A stretch of 64,000 bases of DNA, from the IMG/VR virus record IMGVR_UViG_3300009152_000030, positions 1-64,000 of that record. One strand, written 5' to 3'. Shown here piece after piece: positions 57,175 to 64,000 of this stretch. The position numbers were made by a program, and so were the translations under genes. This DNA is from a virus. Position 1 is the first letter of the stretch. The number at the start of each line of letters is the position of its first letter. The notes beneath the pieces are model-generated. The model had not been told where the DNA came from. It saw nothing but the letters and a program-made list of their open reading frames with translations, and searched no databases.

Positions 57175-60100
57175 ATGGCAGATGGGAAAGGAGATAAGGT
57201 ATATACCTTAAAGGATTACTTTGTTAATCCTGATGCTGATCCTATTAAAGCTATCACTGCGCTTAAAGGCAAGTACGACCATACTAACTTTATATCTGGT
57301 GTAGATGCTGCGGTTCGTGGAACTTTTACTCTTTCTACGTCAATACTTAAGGGTACCTATAAGGCAACTCTTGGTGCTACAAAGTTTATCAATGACATAA
57401 GTGGTGCCAATAAAAAGATTGTCACAACTATGGAAACCTTGATAGGAACAGAGAATACTGATAATTTCTTTTCTTACACAGATGAGGTAAAGAAAGATGC
57501 AGTAAGAATGTACAGAGAAGTTGGCAAGCAAATGGCTAATTTCTCCGTTGGCAAAGATAAGGCAAGGCCTTCTGAGATGATTGGTGGACTAACAAGCACA
57601 GCTATTAAGCAATTAAAACTTGAAGCTATGGCAATGGCAGGATTTAATTTTAAGTTAGATGATATTGTCAAGAATGCTTTAATTATTGACATTGAAACTG
57701 GTGGTCTTTTTAAGGATGCTCCAATTCTTCAGATAGCTATGGGTGACATGGCTAGACTTGACGAGTTAAAGAAAACAGTTGGTGCAAGTGATCATACTGC
57801 TACACTTGGCGCAACAGACGCCATTGAGAGAATGTCTCCTAAAGAGCAAATGGCACAAGGTTTTCTTTCAATGAATCTTGTACCTGAGGCAATTATTAGA
57901 GATGTAGAAGATGCCCCAGACGGAAGTAGAAAAGCTACGTTTAGAAGCTTTAGTTATATTCCAAGAAGCGAGGCTGAGTTTAAGCAAAGATTTGGTACCT
58001 GGGCTAGTGGCAAGTTTCCTTGGCTTAGTGAATTTTATGAAGAATACGGAGAAGGTCCCACAGGGGACAAGATTATAAGCGAAGCTAGAATTCAAGAACT
58101 ACAAAAGCAACTCCAAGATAAGGGTTATGTAGAGTTAAAGTCTGGACAAAGAGTTTACAGCCAGAAAGAAGGCGCAAAGTATTCTATGCTATTTGCGAAG
58201 GAAGGAAGTAAGCAAGGCAGAACCCTTATGGCTGCTAATTTGCCGTATGAATCTTTTCGAGTAGGCAAGTTATGGGAGCATTTCTTAACACAGAAAGGTA
58301 GTGGTGTTCAGGACGCGTTTGAGCCTTCACTAGAAAATCATGGCAACTATTTAAACAAAGATAAAGACGTTGTAAAAGCCTTTGGTGGAAAAATTACTAG
58401 CCTTAGAGATATGAGAAGTATGCTTTCCGCAACTTGGCGCAGTGAGAGAAAAAGAAATATTCTTGATGCTAATAATTTCTTCTTTACAGAACAGGCTAGA
58501 GTCTTAAAAGAACAGGGCAAGAATGAAGATTTAATTTCTCTATTACCTGCTTATGTGAAGAATGTGTCAGCTGGATTGAATACAAGAGACCAGCTTGATT
58601 TAACAAAGATGGCTTTTTCCGGACTAATGCAGACTGGATTAATTGAGACAAGTGGCGACGTTGCCTCTGGAACTAACATTAACTTAGCTTCGCAGATAAT
58701 ACTTGGGTTTGATGAAGCTCACAAAGCTTTGTCTGACGTTATGGTCCAGGGTCGGCTATTACAGGAAGGAAAGCTAGGAGAAGTTGTTAGCGATATTTCT
58801 AATATATATAGAGGAAAAGAGTCTGGGTCGGCACTTGATCAGGTCAGATCTGTTATCTCTTCGCTGTCAATACTAGGTGATTCTAAGAAATTAGGATGGT
58901 TAGAACTTGCTAAGGTTAAGGATACAAATTTAGAGATTGATAGTTCTTGGCTAGGAGATGACCCTTTGGGTAGTCGGCAAGGAAGCGTTAAAACTAGTCA
59001 ATTACGTGGAGTCACCAGAGGTACACACTCGGAGCTAACAAGATCTTACAATCTTGATAAAGAGCTTTTACGACTAAGTGAGACGGTTGATAGTTATACT
59101 GGGGTAAGTGGAGGATTATACGCACCTAATCCTGCTAAGATGATTACGCATACATACACCGATGAAGCAGGTGCCTTGCAAACTATCAATGTAAACCCAG
59201 CAATGCATGAAGCATTTTCTATGCCAATGGCCGTTGGGAAAGTAAAACACACAATGTTAACTGGATCTGGTACAGAAGTCAGTGTTTTAAAAACTCAGTC
59301 AGATTGGAATATTCAGAACTTTATAAGAGACGAATACCAAAGAGAACTTTCTAGTGCTACTAGTAGTGAAGTTGACTTAAGGTTTGGGCCAGGAACTTTT
59401 GAGAATCTCCAAGGACTAGGCCACTCAACCGAAGACATTATTAGTAACTACTTGAATACGCCTGGTCCATCGAGTCCAGTTTTAACTCTTGAAGAAATGC
59501 AAACTTCAGCTAGGTCCAAAGTAAAAAAGACTTTAATTAAAAGATATGCAGAAGGAGATAATCTCAAAGCAAAAGGAATAAATGCTGAAGATCTTGAGAC
59601 CCGGCTTGGTACTTTAAAAAGTGGTCTTAGCTCAAGACATGCTGCCGGGACTTTATTTTCACAAGAGCAAATTAAAACCCTAGGTGAACAAGGTATATCT
59701 GTTACTCCTAATATGTCAGAAGATGAAGTTTCTAGAGCCTCCCTAGCATTAAGGATGTCTGGCGCTGATGGTTTTAAAAAGGATATGGATAGCGCTTTAA
59801 TGCCTGTTTTGCAAGGTATCAAGGACAGGCTTGGACCTACTTCAGTTGCACAGAGAGCTAGTTCTGCAGCTGATTTTCTGTATGAAGCTATCTCAGAAAG
59901 AAAAAAAGAACTTGTAGCCACAGGAGAGTATTCAACTCCTAAAGTCCAAACGCCAAACTATGAAACAGTTGGAAAAGTTTACAATTTTGCTACTTCCGCA
60001 AAAGATAAATTAAAACTTGGAATTGATACGCTAGGGTCAGTTCTTTTCAGCCCTAGAGGATTAGAAAGTGGACTGTTAAGCAAGATGTCAGGGGCAAGTC

Positions 60101-61131
60101 CTGAGATATCTGAATATATAATGAAGAATGCCGGTAGAGGAATTCGTATGATGGGAGGTGCTGGCATTATAGCGGCTGGGGTTTCAGGTAATTATATGCT
60201 TGATATGCCTAGCTACAAGCCAACGACAAAAGATATATTAAAAATGTCTGGTGATGAAAGAAAAATTTATAACCCTGAAGATGTAAGAGGTAGCCAAAGC
60301 GGAGGAATGAAGAACGTGATGGTAGCTACCAACACAAATATAGATAAAATGAATCCTGCAGGATTTGCTGTTTCTGCTATTGATTCCAGTAAAGTTGACT
60401 ATGCAGTTGGTGACGCAGATACTGTTGAAATTATTAGCAAAGGTTTTATGGGTATAGGCCAACGTAAACTTGGAAGTGTGCGTCTTTCTGGCATAGATGC
60501 GCCTGAAACTGCACATGAAGGCTTTGGTGGCCCAGGAGAAATGCCGTTCTCTCAACCTGGCAAACAATACTTGTCTAACGTTCTTTCAGCAAGAAGTGGA
60601 GCTACTGTTGCCGTAGGTCAAGGTAGTACTTTTGGTCGTTCAGTTGGTATCGTCACAGACGATTCTGGGATTAACTACTCTTATGAAATGGTAAACCAAG
60701 GCTTAGCAACTATACTATATAGAAATAGTGCACAAGAAGATCTTGTAAGTCAGAAGCAATTTAATGCAGCTGAAAGAGTTGCCAGAGCGTCTAATAAGGG
60801 ATTATTTGCCGATCCATTCTACGCGGGCGTACACGTGGGCGTAGGAGGAAAAGAACGAAAAGGTTACAACGTTTTAAGTCCGTCAAACGCTTATAAATTC
60901 AAATTTGATAGAAGTCCTGGTACGTCAAAACAACAGGCAATAGAGGCTTCACAGGCAAGAAATGAAGAAATGAGCTATGCAATGGATATGTCTTATAATG
61001 ATTACAATGAAATATTCCATTCTGTAAATGCACTTTCTAGTAATAGAAAAAATGTTATGGCTGATATGCAAACTGTAGCAATGGCTGGAGGCTTAGAGCG
61101 AAACAGAGGTAGACGCAAGGAGCGGAGATAA
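57175..61131 (+). CDS. Large protein with a DEDDh exonuclease-like domain and a C-terminal thermonuclease (SNase) domain
   Basis: IIDIETGGL..ILQIA, AHKALSDV; DADTVEI, VRLSGIDAPE, FGRSVG, MVNQGLA, AERVAR..KGLF. Confidence 0.75.
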   Translation: MADGKGDKVYTLKDYFVNPDADPIKAITALKGKYDHTNFISGVDAAVRGTFTLSTSILKGTYKATLGATKFINDISGANKKIVTTMETLIGTENTDNFFSYTDEVKKDAVRMYREVGKQMANFSVGKDKARPSEMIGGLTSTAIKQLKLEAMAMAGFNFKLDDIVKNALIIDIETGGLFKDAPILQIAMGDMARLDELKKTVGASDHTATLGATDAIERMSPKEQMAQGFLSMNLVPEAIIRDVEDAPDGSRKATFRSFSYIPRSEAEFKQRFGTWASGKFPWLSEFYEEYGEGPTGDKIISEARIQELQKQLQDKGYVELKSGQRVYSQKEGAKYSMLFAKEGSKQGRTLMAANLPYESFRVGKLWEHFLTQKGSGVQDAFEPSLENHGNYLNKDKDVVKAFGGKITSLRDMRSMLSATWRSERKRNILDANNFFFTEQARVLKEQGKNEDLISLLPAYVKNVSAGLNTRDQLDLTKMAFSGLMQTGLIETSGDVASGTNINLASQIILGFDEAHKALSDVMVQGRLLQEGKLGEVVSDISNIYRGKESGSALDQVRSVISSLSILGDSKKLGWLELAKVKDTNLEIDSSWLGDDPLGSRQGSVKTSQLRGVTRGTHSELTRSYNLDKELLRLSETVDSYTGVSGGLYAPNPAKMITHTYTDEAGALQTINVNPAMHEAFSMPMAVGKVKHTMLTGSGTEVSVLKTQSDWNIQNFIRDEYQRELSSATSSEVDLRFGPGTFENLQGLGHSTEDIISNYLNTPGPSSPVLTLEEMQTSARSKVKKTLIKRYAEGDNLKAKGINAEDLETRLGTLKSGLSSRHAAGTLFSQEQIKTLGEQGISVTPNMSEDEVSRASLALRMSGADGFKKDMDSALMPVLQGIKDRLGPTSVAQRASSAADFLYEAISERKKELVATGEYSTPKVQTPNYETVGKVYNFATSAKDKLKLGIDTLGSVLFSPRGLESGLLSKMSGASPEISEYIMKNAGRGIRMMGGAGIIAAGVSGNYMLDMPSYKPTTKDILKMSGDERKIYNPEDVRGSQSGGMKNVMVATNTNIDKMNPAGFAVSAIDSSKVDYAVGDADTVEIISKGFMGIGQRKLGSVRLSGIDAPETAHEGFGGPGEMPFSQPGKQYLSNVLSARSGATVAVGQGSTFGRSVGIVTDDSGINYSYEMVNQGLATILYRNSAQEDLVSQKQFNAAERVARASNKGLFADPFYAGVHVGVGGKERKGYNVLSPSNAYKFKFDRSPGTSKQQAIEASQARNEEMSYAMDMSYNDYNEIFHSVNALSSNRKNVMADMQTVAMAGGLERNRGRRKERR

Positions 61132-63608
61132 TGGCAAATGCAATTGTTAATTTTTTCAAGCACGCAGGTGGAACCTTAGGTTTAGCTGGAGTTGGCGCTG
61201 TTGCTAATGCTGCTAGATCTGCCTATAACTATAACCCAGAAGAGGATGAAGTTTTAGGAGCAACTCCTGTTGCCGGAAGATTAGGAGCAGCAGTTTCTGG
61301 TGCTGCAGTTGGTGCAGCGGCCGGTGTAGTGTTACAAGGTGGAGACTATGCATTAAGAGGCATAGGTAGATCAATGATGAGCTCTGAAGGATTAAAGGCT
61401 TACGATGCTGTTAATCCTAATAGACCAAAGACTTTATTTGGAGCACTTAGACAAGGATTTCAAAGAGTAGCTGGTGGAGATGTTACAGACTTTGAAGGAT
61501 ACACTGACTCCGTAATGGAAGCTGTTGGAAGTACTCCAACTATGGCAGTACAGAGACAGAAGCAAGCAGCAGCCGCTGTCGAGAAAGTTAAAGGTAAATT
61601 GCCAGGAGTTGATAGAGATATCCACGCTGCTAGTCAAGCGGCACAAGCAGCAAAAGCCAAACAAGAAGAAGTAGTAAAGAAATGGCAACCAAGACCTGCT
61701 ACTCCGGCTACTGCGCCTACTGTTATAAGTCGACCAACGGATCAGATTGATCGTGAATTAAATCAAGTTAATCGTGAAATAGGTGGAATTAATAAGCATC
61801 TTGGAAGTGCACCTAAACTTACGCCAGAAGAAATGGAAAAACAAGCGATTGAAGCTCGCAACCTAATGAGGAGAAGAGCTCGATTGGCAAAAAGTGTAGG
61901 GTTAGATAATAATGCACATGATGCCGATATTCAAAAACTTTTAACTGATCCAAATCAAAAAGCCGAGATTGGAACAATTACCTCATCATTGAATAATAAC
62001 CAAGCTCATTTAAATGAAAGACTTGAAGGATTAAATTCAAGGCAAGCAAAGCTTACAGAGGAATTAGAGGGCAATAGAGCTGCAGCTAAGAATGGGGTAA
62101 AAGTAGCAACTCCAGAAGAGTTAGAGGCTCGGAAAGAGAGAATGGCAAATTTAGAATCTAGGATTGATCCCACAAATCCAGAAAATTTTGAAGGGGCTGA
62201 CAGTGCTAACCCTTTTAAAGGTGAGAGTCAGGATTGGGCAAGGCAACAACTAGACGAAATGAATCGACAAGTAAAGGGTACACCAGCTAGTCCTGCATAT
62301 ACTCCTCCTGAAATTAAGTATGAAGCTCCAAAGCGAGGAAGATCTGCAAAGGCTCCGACACCTGCTTCAGCGCCGACCTCCCCACCGTTGCCTATGTCAA
62401 ACACACCTGTGGGTCCATCTTCTGCGTACCCATCTCCAATGACAGATGCACAGAGGCAAGCAGAGACAGCCCGACTGGATAAACTTGGACCTGCTTTTGG
62501 TGGTGGGTTTCCTTCAAAGCCACCTAAACCTCCTGCGCCACCGCCGCCTCCTCCTCCAGCGCCTCCTACTCATACTCTTCCTGGTCACAGAAGGCCGAGA
62601 CCTGCAGGCAAAGGTGCAGAAGAATTTAGCCAAGATTATGAGGAACATGCTGTTGCGGCTAGCGAAGAAACAGCAGCCAGAGAACAATTAAAGGCAGCAC
62701 AGAACTCGAAGAAAGAAATGTTGGCCCAACAAAAAAAGAATACACCTATTGCTGAGAATGCAGAAACTAGTAAATTAGCAAAAATATTTGAAAAGACTGA
62801 TAAGAATGCAATTGTTGATCCTGGATCAGTAGACCTAGGAGGTGCGGCATTGCAAGATATTGGAAGAATTGGTGCAGGTGCAGCTGGTATGGCGGCTGGT
62901 GCTCCTATTTATCTTGGTAGATATGCTGCCCATACTTATGAAAATGATGTTCTTAAACCTTATCGTGAAAGGGATGTACAGAGTCCTACTGTTGCACAAA
63001 GACAATTGCAACTAGACGATATAGGCAAAAATAGTCGTAAACTTACTGCAGTTGAGAAAAATGAATTAAATGTTTTACAGCAATACAGAGATGGAAGTAA
63101 ACTTCCTGGTAGAGCTTTTGATCGAGTAAATAGATCATACGAATTTGATCCTGCGAAACCTGGCATTCATACTGTTACTCCTGCTGCTAAAGCTGCAAAG
63201 CCTGGACAACCTGCGAAGGCACCGGCAGCGCCTGCTGGGGTGCCTATTCAACCTGCAATGGGAAAAGATATAACTAATGGTCTATTGTTTGGATTAGGAG
63301 GCGCAGGGGCCGCAGCTGGATTTGTAGGTGCAGCAACAAAAGCTTCTGCCTATGGTGCACCTGCGGATCATCCTATTAATGCATTAGGAGGCATGACCAA
63401 ACAAAATATTAGCGCAGAAGCTCAAATGCAAGCAGATAACTCTAATAGAGTTAGGATGACAAACCCATCAATGATCGGACTTAATGATGCGGATGAGTTG
63501 TATTTCCAAAATCCAAGCCTTAAACCTACTAGAAGTAGATCTAGACCGGGCCAGTATCATGATGATGGTAATCTAACCCTTGCCTTGAGTGCACTAAGAA
63601 GAGGATAA
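61131..63608 (+). CDS. Ala/Pro-rich low-complexity protein, probable virion component
   Basis: Gly/Ala hydrophobic ends, coiled coil, poly-Pro tract; AAGGAG SD. Confidence 0.7.
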   Translation: MANAIVNFFKHAGGTLGLAGVGAVANAARSAYNYNPEEDEVLGATPVAGRLGAAVSGAAVGAAAGVVLQGGDYALRGIGRSMMSSEGLKAYDAVNPNRPKTLFGALRQGFQRVAGGDVTDFEGYTDSVMEAVGSTPTMAVQRQKQAAAAVEKVKGKLPGVDRDIHAASQAAQAAKAKQEEVVKKWQPRPATPATAPTVISRPTDQIDRELNQVNREIGGINKHLGSAPKLTPEEMEKQAIEARNLMRRRARLAKSVGLDNNAHDADIQKLLTDPNQKAEIGTITSSLNNNQAHLNERLEGLNSRQAKLTEELEGNRAAAKNGVKVATPEELEARKERMANLESRIDPTNPENFEGADSANPFKGESQDWARQQLDEMNRQVKGTPASPAYTPPEIKYEAPKRGRSAKAPTPASAPTSPPLPMSNTPVGPSSAYPSPMTDAQRQAETARLDKLGPAFGGGFPSKPPKPPAPPPPPPPAPPTHTLPGHRRPRPAGKGAEEFSQDYEEHAVAASEETAAREQLKAAQNSKKEMLAQQKKNTPIAENAETSKLAKIFEKTDKNAIVDPGSVDLGGAALQDIGRIGAGAAGMAAGAPIYLGRYAAHTYENDVLKPYRERDVQSPTVAQRQLQLDDIGKNSRKLTAVEKNELNVLQQYRDGSKLPGRAFDRVNRSYEFDPAKPGIHTVTPAAKAAKPGQPAKAPAAPAGVPIQPAMGKDITNGLLFGLGGAGAAAGFVGAATKASAYGAPADHPINALGGMTKQNISAEAQMQADNSNRVRMTNPSMIGLNDADELYFQNPSLKPTRSRSRPGQYHDDGNLTLALSALRRG

Positions 63609-63613
63609 AAAGT

Positions 63614-64000
63614 ATGAATAAGCTTTTAAATTTTCTTCGTAACAATATTAGCACAAAGATTACCAATAAGGTAAAAGATTTTTTTGGGCCCGATAAGATA
63701 TCAGAACTCCACCCTCCACAAATGACAGACAGGAATGAAAGTTCCTTAATACGACAGAATGGTAGTGTGTCGCTTAATCCAAAAAGTCTATCACCAAAAG
63801 TTGACTATAGAGCTAATAGAAAGTTTTATGCAGACATAGCAGAGATGCATCAGCAAGCAAGGCGTTTTCCTTATATGATGACTAGTGTATTAGGAAGTCT
63901 AAATCCTGATACACGTAGGTCTGGTAAAGCATTTACGAATAAGCTTATGGCATTTAAGCCTCTTGATGGAAGTTCGGCAAGAGATCTGGCTAATGATTTC
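63614..64000 (+). CDS. Partial CDS truncated by the window end
   Basis: GAGGA SD + ATG AAT AAG; frame open to the end of the window. Confidence 0.6.
   Translation, partial: MNKLLNFLRNNISTKITNKVKDFFGPDKISELHPPQMTDRNESSLIRQNGSVSLNPKSLSPKVDYRANRKFYADIAEMHQQARRFPYMMTSVLGSLNPDTRRSGKAFTNKLMAFKPLDGSSARDLANDF

Noticed and set aside
62500-62580. Poly-proline CCN repeat as a functional DNA repeat
   Set aside because: It is a low-complexity coding linker within the 825-aa ORF
1-64000. Stop-codon reassignment (alternative genetic code)
   Set aside because: Recognisable enzymes are full length in code 11, TAA/TAG/TGA all end genes at sensible boundaries, and no suppressor tRNA was seen

Overview
Fragment of a large (jumbo-type) dsDNA bacteriophage genome with three parts. 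(1) About 1-34.7 kb is an AT-rich, minus-strand metabolism, repair and translation block: ThyX, family-4 UDG, GMP reductase-like protein, AdoMet decarboxylase, HslV-like protease, SLT transglycosylase, deaminase, ATP-dependent ligase, PurA, spore photoproduct lyase, UVDE, TilS, an AAA/VWA pair, and six tRNAs including a tRNA-Leu(UAA) split by a group I intron that carries an HNH endonuclease. (2) About 35-55.5 kb is a visibly GC-richer, minus-strand, putative early block. It holds tRNA-Arg(UCU), two SSBs, a 1497-aa protein with YonO/cellular-RdRP-type polymerase motifs (atypical DADD catalytic loop) fused to a SLOG domain, four identical GGGGC-GATA-GCCCC hairpins, a tandem array of covarying hairpin/pseudoknot RNA units followed by a tRNA-like element, two trypsin-like proteases, a phosphoesterase with a basic tail, and ORFs with many in-frame SD-ATG starts. 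(3) From 55.8 kb are plus-strand putative late/virion genes, including a DEDDh exonuclease + SNase fusion. The best candidates for undescribed biology are in block 2. All assignments come from manual motif recognition; no searches were run.
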